From IMG/VR virus record IMGVR_UViG_3300032323_000670, positions 1 through 64,000 of that record: 64,000 nucleotides of DNA. One strand, 5' to 3'. A model generated the notes under the pieces. The model made no database searches and had not been told where the DNA came from. It saw nothing but the letters and a program-made list of their open reading frames with translations. The DNA comes from a virus. Of the stretch, positions 1 to 10,632 are shown piece after piece. Both the position numbers and the translations under genes were made by a program. How positions within the stretch are numbered: position 1 is the stretch's first letter; each line of letters begins with the position of its first letter.

Positions 1-258
1 ATCCATTACAATTGGCGTTTGCCACTTGTACTCTCCACGAGCATTGTCTACATTAATAACGTTCTTTCCACCAAAGCTAGACATTTGGTACAAAGGCATT
101 TCTACCTTTTGTGCCATAGCCCAAAGATCTACTGGTCCTAAATCCATAGGTTCAGCATTCTTGAGCATGTTAACCAAGTGGTAAGAATCTACGTGTGAAC
201 TAGCTGCGTAGTTGGTATCTCGTAGAAATATACCATTGTTTAAAACTGGAGTTGCCAT
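1..258 (-). CDS. Major capsid protein, N-terminal part (truncated by window edge)
   Basis: Own translation from ATG at 258: MATPVLNNGIFLRDTNYAASSHVDSYHLVNMLKNAEPMDLGPVDLWAMAQKVEMPLYQM..., open to base 1. Follows terL-portal-scaffold in the crAss-like gene order. Confidence 0.8.
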   Translation of the reverse strand, partial: MATPVLNNGIFLRDTNYAASSHVDSYHLVNMLKNAEPMDLGPVDLWAMAQKVEMPLYQMSSFGGKNVINVDNARGEYKWQTPIVMD

Positions 259-289
259 GTTTTTTTTGTTTATTTAAGGGTTAGTTAAT

Positions 290-1537
290 TTATCGCTTAA
301 AGAAGTTACCACTGCGTGGGATCTTTCTTTGTGTTGTTTCTTCTTGTTCTACTACTGGTGAGCTTGTAGACATCTTAGCTTGTTCAGTCTTAAGTTGACG
401 TACAGTTTTCTCAACAGCAGCATTTTTACCTTGGTCTTTGATCTTAGCTTTATATCCATCTGGATCAGCTAATAACCAAAGAGCCTCCGCAATTAAGTCA
501 TGTCTTGGTTCAACATACTGGTATTTCTCCAATAGGTGACCTAACATGTTTGTTTGCTTACCTGAAATAGAAGGGTAGCTAGGTTGTACAAGTCCGGTAT
601 ATAACATACCTTGAACCTTTTTGTCCAACTTGATACCGTTAACCTCACCTGCATTTAATGTATTATATACATTTTGCATGTAGGCATTTGCTGCTTGTTG
701 TTGCTGCTTACGCATGTTCTCTTGTTGAGCCAGCTTCTTAGCAACAACTTGTTCTTGCATCTTATCTAACTTTGGTTTGAACTTAAGAGCTTTAGCCTCT
801 AAGTCACCTCTGTCTTTCCAGCTGTAGATCTCTTCATCAATTTCTTCCTCATTACCAAAGCTTGTAGCTCTTAAGTACTCACGTACAATTTGCTCTTGGT
901 CTTTGCCATCCTTAGGATTTAACTGACGGTGTTCTTCAACCTCAGATAAAATACGGAACAAACCTTTAAGATCCTCTCCACCATCTGCTACATACTTAGC
1001 AGCAACTTGTAGTTCTTCTGGAAGAGCATCAAAGAACTCAACAGGGGTAGCCTGACGGATCTGATTCTCACGATCTACAATGTTAGCTTCAAGAAGTTCT
1101 TCAAAGTCTTTAATAGTGTACTCATCTAAAGGCTTATCATCATCAAAGGGTACAATCTGTCCTTTGTCAATAAGCTTTTTGAATAGTTCACTAGTTCCGC
1201 TCTTATCAAGCTTTGGTCTTCCTGTTGTCTTTTTAGAATCAGAATCAGAATCATCTTCATCATTATCAGGTTGACCTAAAAACTCTTGATCAAGTTCTTT
1301 AAGAACTTCAGCACCTTTTACTTCTTCAGGTTTATTATCCTTTGACTCTGAGCCTTCTTCATCAGTGTCCTTTTCAAGGAAAGACAGATCAACAGATTCC
1401 TTTGTAAATACATTAGGTTTCTTTTCTGTCTCAGGGAGCATAACGTTTTCTGCACCCGGGGTTCCTAGAATTTCATCTAGGTTCATCTCTACTTGTTCAA
1501 TAGAGGTTGTTTCTTGGTTTTTTTCTTCAGTAGCCAT
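290..1537 (-). CDS. Acidic coiled-coil head protein, probable scaffold (conserved crAss-like gene between portal and MCP)
   Basis: 415 aa, very acidic N-terminus, Q-rich coiled coil; position between portal and capsid genes. Confidence 0.65.
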   Translation of the reverse strand: MATEEKNQETTSIEQVEMNLDEILGTPGAENVMLPETEKKPNVFTKESVDLSFLEKDTDEEGSESKDNKPEEVKGAEVLKELDQEFLGQPDNDEDDSDSDSKKTTGRPKLDKSGTSELFKKLIDKGQIVPFDDDKPLDEYTIKDFEELLEANIVDRENQIRQATPVEFFDALPEELQVAAKYVADGGEDLKGLFRILSEVEEHRQLNPKDGKDQEQIVREYLRATSFGNEEEIDEEIYSWKDRGDLEAKALKFKPKLDKMQEQVVAKKLAQQENMRKQQQQAANAYMQNVYNTLNAGEVNGIKLDKKVQGMLYTGLVQPSYPSISGKQTNMLGHLLEKYQYVEPRHDLIAEALWLLADPDGYKAKIKDQGKNAAVEKTVRQLKTEQAKMSTSSPVVEQEETTQRKIPRSGNFFKR

Positions 1538-1558
1538 TTGGTTGGTTTTTTAGTCTAC

Positions 1559-1570
1559 ACTATTAATATA
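1559..1570 (-). promoter_or_regulatory. Candidate late promoter TATATTAATAGT
   Basis: About 20 nt upstream of the scaffold ATG; near-identical TATATTATAGT at 18995-19005 upstream of another late gene. Confidence 0.35.
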
Positions 1571-1641
1571 CGCAAAAGTATGAGTTTAAACTTTAAAGAT
1601 TAGCATTAGGAAATTATTATTCCGCATTATATGGCTAAACC

Positions 1642-4389
1642 TTATTTCTTTTTATCTTTCTTATCCTCACCTTTGTCAAATTTGTTCTTATTCTCACGTG
1701 CAATCTGTAATTGAGTCTGTGCTATTTCACGTTGAGTATTAAGTTTTTGCTGTTCAATATTCATTTTATCTCTATGCTCCATCTGCTTGACAGTCTCTTT
1801 CTCTCTGTTTAGATTCATAGTTTGAGCATACTGATCGCTCTTCTCCATTCTATCCAGATAATCAATGTAGTCACTCTCTTGGTTTTGGTTAACGTCTTGC
1901 ATTGCACCATAACCAGCAGATCTAATTTGAGCTTCAAGAATTCTAGCTTCTCTATCTTTCTGATTCTCAGCAGCTTCAAACTCAAGTTTCTGACGTTGTT
2001 CTTCAGCCTTAGCTTGTAACTGTTGTTCTTGCATTTGTTGAGCTTGTTGCATTTCAGCTTGTTTCTCAGCTTTTTGCTTAGCTTCAGATGCTTTAAGAAT
2101 AGTAGATACTTCAGCAATAGATTCAGAACGCAATACATTACCTATATCATAGATAGATGCACCAGTTGTATTATTCTGAATAGCCATTTGCTTAAGCTGT
2201 TCTAGCGTAGCTCTATGGTCAGCTTTAGTAGTACAGAATATATTAAGGTCTCTTAGCAATAGATCAGTACCATTTATCTCAAAGTTCTTACGCTCATCCA
2301 TTGATGTAACGTATTGTAACCTTGTAGATGGTTTAGTGGACTGATAATACTGTGCTAAGTCTGTGCGCATCTGATGCACGCGAGGCATCAAATAATCACA
2401 GTGTTGTATAAAGTAAGTTTCAGTTTGTGCATAAGAAGCACTTACTGCTTGTTCAATTCCAGTAGCTGTATTGGTTTGTCCAATCTGCTGACCTAGACGC
2501 TGTGGTGTAATACCTATTACTTCAAATGCTTGTTGCTTAAAATAATTAGCTAACTGAATACGAGACATCAAACGGTTAGTCTGCTCAAGGTCAAGTTTCT
2601 GATAGTGTTGGAAAGCAAGCGCATTCTCTGTATTGGTAATAGAAGTATCCAACGGTAACATCTGGAAGTTCTTCATTGCCACATAAGCCTTGGCTAGGTT
2701 GTTCTTTCCCCAGTCTTCTCCTAATGAGTGTCTAGGTAAAGCATTCTGGTCAAGTAGGATTACGGTTCCTAATTCATCTACTAAGATATCTGCAATCTGA
2801 TTGTTTACAATGTTGTATCCAATCTGGAAAGGTTTCATTAAATCAATAAGAGCTGTAGATCTCGTATTACGGTCTGTAAATACAGCACCTTCTATAGGAA
2901 GTTTACAACCATACATTGAGTTATCACCCTTGAATTGAAACTTAAGTGGGTTAATCAAGTTCTGATTGATTCCTAAGTAGATAGGGTTAATACCACCCGG
3001 GTTATTACTTCCCCAGAATGTAGGACGGTTTGGTCCAATCTTAACACCACCCCATACCTCATTAATCCAGATCCAATCTATGTGCTCACCAAATACTAAG
3101 TTATCCTTACTCTTATTCTTAAGAATATTTGTATTATAAACCGGTTTATCTACAACTACATATGTTTCATCAATTATATCTTGAGATACATTACCATTAT
3201 CCGATATGCGGGTTAAGTGACCGATTCTACGTTGTGATTTCCAGTAAACTGTGGTAACACGTAACATGTTACTCATACCTAAATCAAAGTAGTCTTCACT
3301 GCTCATCATAATCCAGTTTACTATATCACCTCCATAGTAGGCATTATCCCACATAGAGGTAAACTGACGGTAACCTAATGATGGCATTTTAGTATTCCAC
3401 TCGTGAGACTTGGTAGCATCATAGTAAGATCCATCATTCTGATAACCTTGGATAGGATAACCAGCAGAACGTACAGGGTAGATAAGCTCAAGAGCTTTCA
3501 TTTGATCCTCTGTCATTAACCAACCATACTTATCAATAACATCAGATACAGTCATCATGTCAAACTTACCTGCCCACTGAGCTTGTGATACATAACGAGT
3601 ATCAGGTGACTTCTGATAGAATGTAAGAACCGGATTCCATAACTCTACATCATAATCATCTTCAAGCATCTTAAAGTGCCAGAACTCACGGTCAGTAATT
3701 AACATATCACGGAAACCTCTCTCCTCAAGCTCATCCATTTTAAAACGCTCAACATCAACTCTATGCTGGTGTTCAGCCCATTGCTCTACCATACTGCGGT
3801 AGTCCTTATTAAAAAACTGTTGAATTTCTGGTAAAGTCTTAAGGTTATCAGGAGACATCTTTTGCTGATACTCCTCTGACTTAGGATCCATTTCAGCTAG
3901 AGCCATTGCCATCTTTTGCTCAGCTTCAAATAAAAGAACTTCTTCTACTTGAGTTCTTTTAAGCTCAAGCATTTCATTATATGAATACTCATCAACTGCT
4001 GTATAGCTTACACGCGTATTGCGTTTTGCAAACTCTGAAACAAGAGTATTAATTACATTAGGAATGATAGGGTAGAACTTTAACTCAAGTGCAGATGCAT
4101 CCTCTTTAGTTAAAGTATCAATAAGATCAGCATACTCATTGTCATCTTCTACAATGTAGTCAGTCTTATCTATAATACCCTTTGCAAGTTTATAGTTTTT
4201 CATGAGTCTGCGTGCATTTCTGCGCACTTGCTTAAGACCTTCCCACTCTAACCAGTCAAGGTTCCAAGCAGCCCACTCTTGATCTTTTTTCTTTTTTGGC
4301 AAAAACTGAACAGGCTGATTGAGAGTACCCATACGGTTGTACTCACCCTTAGCCCCATTCTTTAATTGCATCGCATTATATACCTGCAT
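1642..4389 (-). CDS. Portal protein
   Basis: 915 aa, immediately downstream of terL; YPIIPNVIN and GITPQRLGQ motifs and long Q/E-rich C-terminal coil as in crAss-like portals. Confidence 0.88.
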   Translation of the reverse strand: MQVYNAMQLKNGAKGEYNRMGTLNQPVQFLPKKKKDQEWAAWNLDWLEWEGLKQVRRNARRLMKNYKLAKGIIDKTDYIVEDDNEYADLIDTLTKEDASALELKFYPIIPNVINTLVSEFAKRNTRVSYTAVDEYSYNEMLELKRTQVEEVLLFEAEQKMAMALAEMDPKSEEYQQKMSPDNLKTLPEIQQFFNKDYRSMVEQWAEHQHRVDVERFKMDELEERGFRDMLITDREFWHFKMLEDDYDVELWNPVLTFYQKSPDTRYVSQAQWAGKFDMMTVSDVIDKYGWLMTEDQMKALELIYPVRSAGYPIQGYQNDGSYYDATKSHEWNTKMPSLGYRQFTSMWDNAYYGGDIVNWIMMSSEDYFDLGMSNMLRVTTVYWKSQRRIGHLTRISDNGNVSQDIIDETYVVVDKPVYNTNILKNKSKDNLVFGEHIDWIWINEVWGGVKIGPNRPTFWGSNNPGGINPIYLGINQNLINPLKFQFKGDNSMYGCKLPIEGAVFTDRNTRSTALIDLMKPFQIGYNIVNNQIADILVDELGTVILLDQNALPRHSLGEDWGKNNLAKAYVAMKNFQMLPLDTSITNTENALAFQHYQKLDLEQTNRLMSRIQLANYFKQQAFEVIGITPQRLGQQIGQTNTATGIEQAVSASYAQTETYFIQHCDYLMPRVHQMRTDLAQYYQSTKPSTRLQYVTSMDERKNFEINGTDLLLRDLNIFCTTKADHRATLEQLKQMAIQNNTTGASIYDIGNVLRSESIAEVSTILKASEAKQKAEKQAEMQQAQQMQEQQLQAKAEEQRQKLEFEAAENQKDREARILEAQIRSAGYGAMQDVNQNQESDYIDYLDRMEKSDQYAQTMNLNREKETVKQMEHRDKMNIEQQKLNTQREIAQTQLQIARENKNKFDKGEDKKDKKK

Positions 4390-4390
4390 A

Positions 4391-6604
4391 TTATCTGAAG
4401 TTTTTAAATGGTGATCGTGGTGTTTTCATACCACTAAAGCCAGAACCACCTCCACCAATGTGACGGAAGGGGCTCATATTTAATTTACTGAATTTATTAG
4501 AGTTATCCAAGTTTTTTCCTGCTCCGGTCTCCTCATAACGTTTTTTATAACCTCTATTTGCCTGTTGAACTTTAGCAAAAGCTACCAAAGCAGCAAATGA
4601 TACAAGTCTATCCACGTTAACTCCATCTCTATAAGCCATCATCTCTTTAAGTAACATGATGTCCGGAATACGTTCTATACCATACGTTGTCTTAACTACT
4701 TTACCTTCTTCTGTTACTTCTTGATGTAACTCTTCTTTAAGAAAGTCAATAGCATAACTTACCATATGACTCTTGAATAGGGTACCTGTATTTCTCCAAC
4801 CATACTCTTGAAATACATTAGCATTGGCGCCTATGTCTTTAAGGAATAAGATCTGTGATCTCGGTACCAGATATTTCTGTTTCTTTCTATAGATCATATA
4901 GTTAATAAACTGGCTAATGTTATTTTCCACAATGGTCCATGCATTATACCACTCTATTATAAGCTCTAGTCTCTCATGTGTCTTATTAATATCATCAAAA
5001 CGTCCGCACCATGCAGCTACAATCTTATCATGTTCTATAAATGTCTCTACCTTTTCTCCATCATTCTTAGTAACTTCCACAGGAGTTTTGTATACATAAA
5101 TGGAGCAAAGAGATTCTGACGTAGTTGTCTTACCTTCACCCACGGGGTCAATACTTGCATAGTACATTCCAAACTCTGGGTTCTTAACTGGACGCTCATA
5201 CACTACTAAACAACCTGTCTTATCTTCTGTACTTTTTGTAATAGGAAATTCTGATATAGGTATCTTATTAGTTGTAGATACAGCTGACTGTCCATCAGTT
5301 CCTCTATAGATATCAAGATACTCATAAGGGTACATCTTATCTTCAATTCTTCTAAGCTGTGCTGTAACTAAATGTTGAGGGAACATAGATACAGTTCTAT
5401 AATCAAAAGCTTCTTTAATATTTCTAGGGTGCTGAGATATACGGAGCTGATATTCTTGAGGATCAAGATCTTTTTTCCAATCGGCAAATTGCTCATCTAG
5501 TGCTAGTAATGCTTCTTCTACTTTAGAGTTACCATACTCATCAATGTATGGAGGCATTGACCACTGCTCAGGAATAAACAATCCTGTTCTACCTATAACA
5601 CCTGTTTCATCTATTAAGTTAGATTCTACACTATAGATATCATTTGCATCAGGTCTCGTGATCATTTTCTTTAATGGCTCACACTGAGACAAGTCACCCA
5701 CAGATCCAGCAGCAATGAACATACCTGTAGTCATGAAACCGGATTTCATAGCAGGACGGATGTACTCAAATGTTGTATCCATCTTAGGAGCAATCCCTGC
5801 TTCCTCATGGAAAAAGTATTTACACGGTCCCCCTACACCATTGGTAGGATCTTTCTCAAATGACATTCCCTGCATAACACCCTTAAGTCCTATCTCAGAC
5901 TTACGTTTTTGAATACCTGTAGTTGTCTCAATTTTCTGCTGCCACATCATAACCTTATTAGGGTTCATAGGGCGGTACCAAGCTGTGTGTTGATTCAAGA
6001 AAGCTTCATATTCATTTAAGAACTTCCAAGTACCTTTCTCATTGATATAGTCTTTGAGACTAGCACCCATCTTGAGAGTAACCCCTTCCTCAAACCATAT
6101 CTGATTAATTAACTTACCCGCATGGTAGTATGATGATGCAATCTGACGTTTTTTTAAGATAGCAGCATGTCTATAAGACAACTCTGCTAAACATTCATAT
6201 AGAGCTAAGTGATACTGAGCATCTCTGACATCAGCAAAACCAAACTTTTGAATCTCCTTATTAAAGATAGGTAGAAAGTTTAACCACATGTAATAGTCAC
6301 GAGGTATATACCAAGCGTTACCATTACTTTTATAGATAGCACCTACCCTGCATTTATTCTTCTGATCATTCCAGTATTGAATAAAGTCTTTAGTTCCCTG
6401 AGGAGCTTTACAGTAAAAACTAAACTGATTGAATTGTCTAGCTTGTTCATTAAACATTTTGCTAGTCTCATCAAATTCATATTGACCTGGTTCTTTAAAG
6501 ATACTTTCAACAAATTCTTTGAAATCATCACGAGTAGGAAAAGTAGTTACTGACCACTCTCCATTCTCCCATGTAGGAATTTCTATATCAGTTTGTTGCA
6601 GCAT
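4391..6604 (-). CDS. terL: Terminase large subunit
   Basis: 737 aa; LKKRQIASSY Walker A-like, FFHEEAG Walker B, YYASIDPV RNase H nuclease motif, VENN, NVDRLVS. Confidence 0.93.
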   Translation of the reverse strand: MLQQTDIEIPTWENGEWSVTTFPTRDDFKEFVESIFKEPGQYEFDETSKMFNEQARQFNQFSFYCKAPQGTKDFIQYWNDQKNKCRVGAIYKSNGNAWYIPRDYYMWLNFLPIFNKEIQKFGFADVRDAQYHLALYECLAELSYRHAAILKKRQIASSYYHAGKLINQIWFEEGVTLKMGASLKDYINEKGTWKFLNEYEAFLNQHTAWYRPMNPNKVMMWQQKIETTTGIQKRKSEIGLKGVMQGMSFEKDPTNGVGGPCKYFFHEEAGIAPKMDTTFEYIRPAMKSGFMTTGMFIAAGSVGDLSQCEPLKKMITRPDANDIYSVESNLIDETGVIGRTGLFIPEQWSMPPYIDEYGNSKVEEALLALDEQFADWKKDLDPQEYQLRISQHPRNIKEAFDYRTVSMFPQHLVTAQLRRIEDKMYPYEYLDIYRGTDGQSAVSTTNKIPISEFPITKSTEDKTGCLVVYERPVKNPEFGMYYASIDPVGEGKTTTSESLCSIYVYKTPVEVTKNDGEKVETFIEHDKIVAAWCGRFDDINKTHERLELIIEWYNAWTIVENNISQFINYMIYRKKQKYLVPRSQILFLKDIGANANVFQEYGWRNTGTLFKSHMVSYAIDFLKEELHQEVTEEGKVVKTTYGIERIPDIMLLKEMMAYRDGVNVDRLVSFAALVAFAKVQQANRGYKKRYEETGAGKNLDNSNKFSKLNMSPFRHIGGGGSGFSGMKTPRSPFKNFR

Positions 6605-7266
6605 TAATATTCATTTAAAAGTCTCAAGACCTCATTAAGAGCCTCGTGTCTATGGTTATCTTTAAGAACTAGTTTATTAACCCACTTAGATTTTTCTAAC
6701 TTAGGAACCTCGTGAATAGCAGAATCATTCTTAAACTTAAGATCTATCTGATGATTATCTCCTGTAAATATCATTAGTGATCCTTTACCCAATCTACCTA
6801 AACACATTTGTAATTGAGGTTTGGTTAGGTTTTGACACTCGTCAATTATACATACAGCATTCTCAAAGGTTCTACCTCTAAAATGTGTAAGAGATACTAA
6901 CTCTAAAGCTTCTGAATCTTCTAACTTAGCAATAATATCAGGCTTATCATAAACCTTTTTTATATTAGACTTAATAGGTACCAACCAAGGTTCCATCTTT
7001 TCTTTCTCTGATCCAGGTAAGAATCCGTTATCCTCAGTAGATATAGTAGGTCTTGTTATAATTATCTTGTTGACCTCACGTTTAAAGTATAGGTCTAAGG
7101 CTATCTGTACTGCCAATAGTGTTTTACCACTACCTGCTTGCCCTATAATAAAGTTATAAGGCTTTGCTAAAATTAATTCTTTAGCTCTCTTCTGCTCCTC
7201 AGATAAAGTTATTGCAAACTTTATATCTCCCTTTGGGGGATTCTTCTTAATGTTTTCAGTAGCCAT
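6604..7266 (-). CDS. phoH: PhoH-family ATPase
   Basis: GQAGSGKT, ITRP, GFLPG, FRGRTF, IIDECQN, GDNHQID, HRH motifs. Confidence 0.95.
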   Translation of the reverse strand: MATENIKKNPPKGDIKFAITLSEEQKRAKELILAKPYNFIIGQAGSGKTLLAVQIALDLYFKREVNKIIITRPTISTEDNGFLPGSEKEKMEPWLVPIKSNIKKVYDKPDIIAKLEDSEALELVSLTHFRGRTFENAVCIIDECQNLTKPQLQMCLGRLGKGSLMIFTGDNHQIDLKFKNDSAIHEVPKLEKSKWVNKLVLKDNHRHEALNEVLRLLNEY

Positions 7267-7282
7267 TGTATATTAGTTAAGA

Positions 7283-7798
7283 TTACATTTGATCATATGC
7301 AAGTCCTGCACCCCCGCGCGCGCGTCCTGCCTGTTCTTCTTGAAGATCTTTATAGGCACCTTTATAAGCTTCTCTAATTTGCTGATACTTGGAAGCAGCA
7401 TTAACAAGAGCTGTAAGATTACCATCTCTACCATCAGTAATATTTGTTGTCTCCATATATCTACCAAGTCTGTCAAGCATTTGCTTAATACCATTGTAAG
7501 CTCTGGATGTTGGTGTCTCATATAACTTCTTGCAGAACTCTAATGCTCCCGGGATAAAGTCATCCTCAGAACTAAAGTCTGCATCTATTTCTGCTAATAT
7601 AACCTCTTCTTTGTCATCTTCAGCAATATGAAAGAAAGGATTTATATCTGGGTTTGGACAACTCATGTAAAATAAGTACTGGTACACCTTAAGATAATTC
7701 TCAGGGTACTCATCCATAATCCTTCTTAAAGTGGGTAATGCATAGCAACTCTCACTTGGTATAAGCACCTTATTCTCTATATCAAATAGCTTAGTCAT
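7283..7798 (-). CDS. Conserved crAss-like protein upstream of terL (possible small terminase subunit)
   Basis: 171 aa helical protein ending RARGGAGLAYDQM; position in the packaging operon. Function inferred from position only. Confidence 0.5.
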   Translation of the reverse strand: MTKLFDIENKVLIPSESCYALPTLRRIMDEYPENYLKVYQYLFYMSCPNPDINPFFHIAEDDKEEVILAEIDADFSSEDDFIPGALEFCKKLYETPTSRAYNGIKQMLDRLGRYMETTNITDGRDGNLTALVNAASKYQQIREAYKGAYKDLQEEQAGRARGGAGLAYDQM

Positions 7799-8172
7799 AT
7801 TAATTTGTCTTTATAAAGGTCAAAGTCATCATCAAATGTATTATAGCTTACTAGTATTTCTTCATTAGGTTGAATATCCCTAGCAGCTATCATCTCATCT
7901 TCACCTCTCCCTATAGAATTAGGATTACTACTATGGTTTTGAAAAACTGAATGATCACAAGAAGAATATAGATAATCTCCCTCTTTCCAAAAATACTCAT
8001 CTACAAACTTTTTTTGAAGTTCAGATAAAGACTCATATTTTTCTTTATTAACTTTTGTATCAAACCCTTCTACAAATCTCCATATAACAGTATCTTTTGG
8101 TACTAAGTTTTTAGAGAATAAGCCAAGCCCCATACCTGGAGATTCAGCTATATAAGTTTCTATTAGGAGCAT
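7795..8172 (-). CDS. SET-domain protein (putative lysine methyltransferase)
   Basis: GLGLF, NHSSNPN and AARDIQPNEEILVSY are the SET motifs. Confidence 0.9.
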   Translation of the reverse strand: MLLIETYIAESPGMGLGLFSKNLVPKDTVIWRFVEGFDTKVNKEKYESLSELQKKFVDEYFWKEGDYLYSSCDHSVFQNHSSNPNSIGRGEDEMIAARDIQPNEEILVSYNTFDDDFDLYKDKLI

Positions 8173-8804
8173 TATACTTCTGTATTTATATTATAGTAAT
8201 AAGAATTAGAATCCTCACTCACCCATCTATCAGATATGGTTTCTACAGAAAGTAATTCACTATCTACTTTTATATCTTTTGTATCAAGAGGAAACTCTTT
8301 GGTAATCCAATTGCTATCCTTCCAATAGATTCTATTATTTGGTTGACATAACAAGTATCCATCATCAGCTATAAGTATATGACCGCATTTATAATCACTA
8401 GGTCCGCTAGGTCCATCTGAGTAGTCATTACTGTACCAGTCTACCGTAGTCAGATAATTAGCCCATATCTTAGATCCATCCTTAAGAACAACCTCACATC
8501 TTTTCTCACATAGGTAGTCATAAGTAATGACACTTACGTTCTCTGAGAAACAATCCCATAGCTGCTTGAAGTGAAATGGAATATCATTCTTAGGTACCTG
8601 CATGAATATTTCCGATATAGGAACTCTTGATCTGAGCATACCATACTCAGTCATAATGTGAAAAGTTAAAATCTTACCTGCACATGACTGTATAGCAAAA
8701 GCATATGCCCGATGATAAGTATCATGGTCCGCCTCATTTTTTGTAAAATGAGAAACTCTTACATAGCATTTAAAAAGGTTGATATTACTGTTTAGTTTAG
8801 ACAT
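8172..8804 (-). CDS. Conserved phage protein of unknown function
   Basis: 210 aa; QLWDCFS and QPNNRIYWKD motifs; tightly coupled to its neighbours. Confidence 0.7.
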   Translation of the reverse strand: MSKLNSNINLFKCYVRVSHFTKNEADHDTYHRAYAFAIQSCAGKILTFHIMTEYGMLRSRVPISEIFMQVPKNDIPFHFKQLWDCFSENVSVITYDYLCEKRCEVVLKDGSKIWANYLTTVDWYSNDYSDGPSGPSDYKCGHILIADDGYLLCQPNNRIYWKDSNWITKEFPLDTKDIKVDSELLSVETISDRWVSEDSNSYYYNINTEV

Positions 8805-9612
8805 TATCTTTTAATATGTTTATTATACTTATTACTTCATTCTTAAGATAGGGTACTTCATACTCTACTATCTTATTTACTACAGGCTCACCAAATTCAT
8901 CATATAACACAACGCGGTTATCATAAGCATCTTTACCAGCTTCTTCAAACAGTATATGCTCAATGATCATCTTACCTGGTTTAAGTTTAGGGTTATGCTT
9001 AAGAAGCATATACATGTAGAAACTTAACTGTAATGCATAATGGTTAAGATTACAATCATCCAAATGACCGAGTGGAGGAAGCATTCTATCACTAAGTCCC
9101 TCCCAATTAACATAAGACTCAGTCTTAATTTCTTTATTAGTCTTGTAATCATAAATATTTACTGTACTTTTTATCACTTCTACCCTATCTGCTTGACCAC
9201 ATACCCCTGCACTCTTAAGATACATCATATGCTCCGGATATATACCCTCTTGTAATTTTTGATCTGGTGCTTTTTTAATTCCGTCAGATTCTATAGGTTT
9301 AAAAATTTGTACTGAGCATCCGTCTTTCTCTATAGTATCACAAGATGTAAAAGCTGATTCTCTCTGTGCATGATACCATGTACCTAGATTAACAGCTTTC
9401 TGGGACTCATTCTTCCAAGCTTCTTTAACATCCTCAACCTTCATCCCGTACCACTTACTCTTTTTGTTCTTAATAGACTTCTCAGCTACAAGATCTGCAT
9501 CAAAAGGCTTTTTGAATTTAGATATGATACCTGTTACACTAACCCATGAGATGTTCTCATTAGGATCAATGCTGGTATAACTATGTGTTTCTGGTTTAAA
9601 TACTATCGCCAT
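8797..9612 (-). CDS. PD-(D/E)XK (Cas4-like) nuclease
   Basis: SVTGII, GTWYH, GQADRV, IYDYKTN, YALQLSFY motifs. Confidence 0.85.
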   Translation of the reverse strand: MAIVFKPETHSYTSIDPNENISWVSVTGIISKFKKPFDADLVAEKSIKNKKSKWYGMKVEDVKEAWKNESQKAVNLGTWYHAQRESAFTSCDTIEKDGCSVQIFKPIESDGIKKAPDQKLQEGIYPEHMMYLKSAGVCGQADRVEVIKSTVNIYDYKTNKEIKTESYVNWEGLSDRMLPPLGHLDDCNLNHYALQLSFYMYMLLKHNPKLKPGKMIIEHILFEEAGKDAYDNRVVLYDEFGEPVVNKIVEYEVPYLKNEVISIINILKDNV

Positions 9613-9922
9613 GGTTTTCTAGTTTAGCGTTTAAATCATCTTCCTCTTCTTCAGTCATTACAGCAAACCATCTACCCTGCGGGCATGCTGATGACATGCT
9701 GTAAGTCTTATACTTAAGAGAGCAACCACAGTCACCACAACAAGGTTGAGTCCCGGGCATCTCACACTTATCACCCTTAAGATCAATGAGAGGACATGTG
9801 CTACATATATCATTTCTGTAACTTGCCACCTTCTCAATCTTCTTACGTGTGAAATAGTAGTTAAACATCCCCTCAAGGATTAGCCACTTATTCTCCCAGA
9901 TTTTCTTGATTTTTTTGAGCAT
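9596..9922 (-). CDS. Cys-rich putative Zn-binding protein
   Basis: CSTCP, CCGDCGC, CPQGRW. Confidence 0.65.
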   Translation of the reverse strand: MLKKIKKIWENKWLILEGMFNYYFTRKKIEKVASYRNDICSTCPLIDLKGDKCEMPGTQPCCGDCGCSLKYKTYSMSSACPQGRWFAVMTEEEEDDLNAKLENHGDSI

Positions 9923-10277
9923 TGACTCTATTTACTTTTAGTGTTATACCTTTTCTGTTTTCCTGAACAATCATGTCTTTAAGTTTAGCTAGCTTGTCAT
10001 GATTCTCTTTAACGTTATCATACTTGGCAAAAGATTTAAACTCTTTAGGGTTTAAACTTTTGAGATGGATATGACTCTTGGTTAGTAGGCTATTGAGCTT
10101 TCTCTCATTGACTCTAAAGTTACCGAGCCCTTTCAAAGCAAAGTTAAAATGCTCTTTATTACTCATAAGCTTCCTGAGAGTTTCCCAATAGAAGACTATA
10201 ATATCTTCTGTAAGTGTAGGGTCCTTATGCTTCTTGCTGTACTGTTTCAACAGCTCTGTTACTTTCTTGGGTCTCAA
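9888..10277 (-). CDS. HU/IHF-like DNA-binding protein
   Basis: Basic; helix followed by LKGLGNFRV matches the HU/IHF (L/I)xGFGxF arm motif. Confidence 0.6.
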   Translation of the reverse strand: MRPKKVTELLKQYSKKHKDPTLTEDIIVFYWETLRKLMSNKEHFNFALKGLGNFRVNERKLNSLLTKSHIHLKSLNPKEFKSFAKYDNVKENHDKLAKLKDMIVQENRKGITLKVNRVNAQKNQENLGE

Positions 10278-10632
10278 CTCTTACAAATTTATAGTCTAGC
10301 AATATATTACCTTGTATCTGAATGTTTAGATCTGGATTCAATTGTATTGTCTTACGATTTCTACCATTCTTCTTTAACAAGTTCTTCTTCTCAGCCTTAG
10401 TAACAGCATTTCTAACAGACTGAGGACTGCTAAAAATACTGTTCCTTGTAGCACTTTCACAGAACTCTGTAAGCTCTGTTTCTCCTGATAATGCTAAAAA
10501 AGTAACACAATTGAGATCTAAATCTGATACATTCAAATCTTTAAGATGACAGTGTACAGCAAGTTGAAACTTAACTATACTCCATAAGTCCATCTTAACA
10601 GTTTTGCGTACCTGATTTACTATAGCCATCAT
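10225..10632 (-). CDS. Winged-helix-like DNA-binding protein
   Basis: SPQSVRNAVTKAEKKNLLKKNG helix-wing pattern. Confidence 0.5.
   Translation of the reverse strand: MMAIVNQVRKTVKMDLWSIVKFQLAVHCHLKDLNVSDLDLNCVTFLALSGETELTEFCESATRNSIFSSPQSVRNAVTKAEKKNLLKKNGRNRKTIQLNPDLNIQIQGNILLDYKFVRVETQESNRAVETVQQEA

Noticed and set aside
4391-6604. Intron or intein in terL (also checked polB, dnaB and primase)
   Set aside because: Lengths are ordinary, motifs are contiguous and I saw no intein ends.
8395-8420. 9-nt tandem duplication giving DGPSGPSD
   Set aside because: In-frame micro-duplication with no evident significance.
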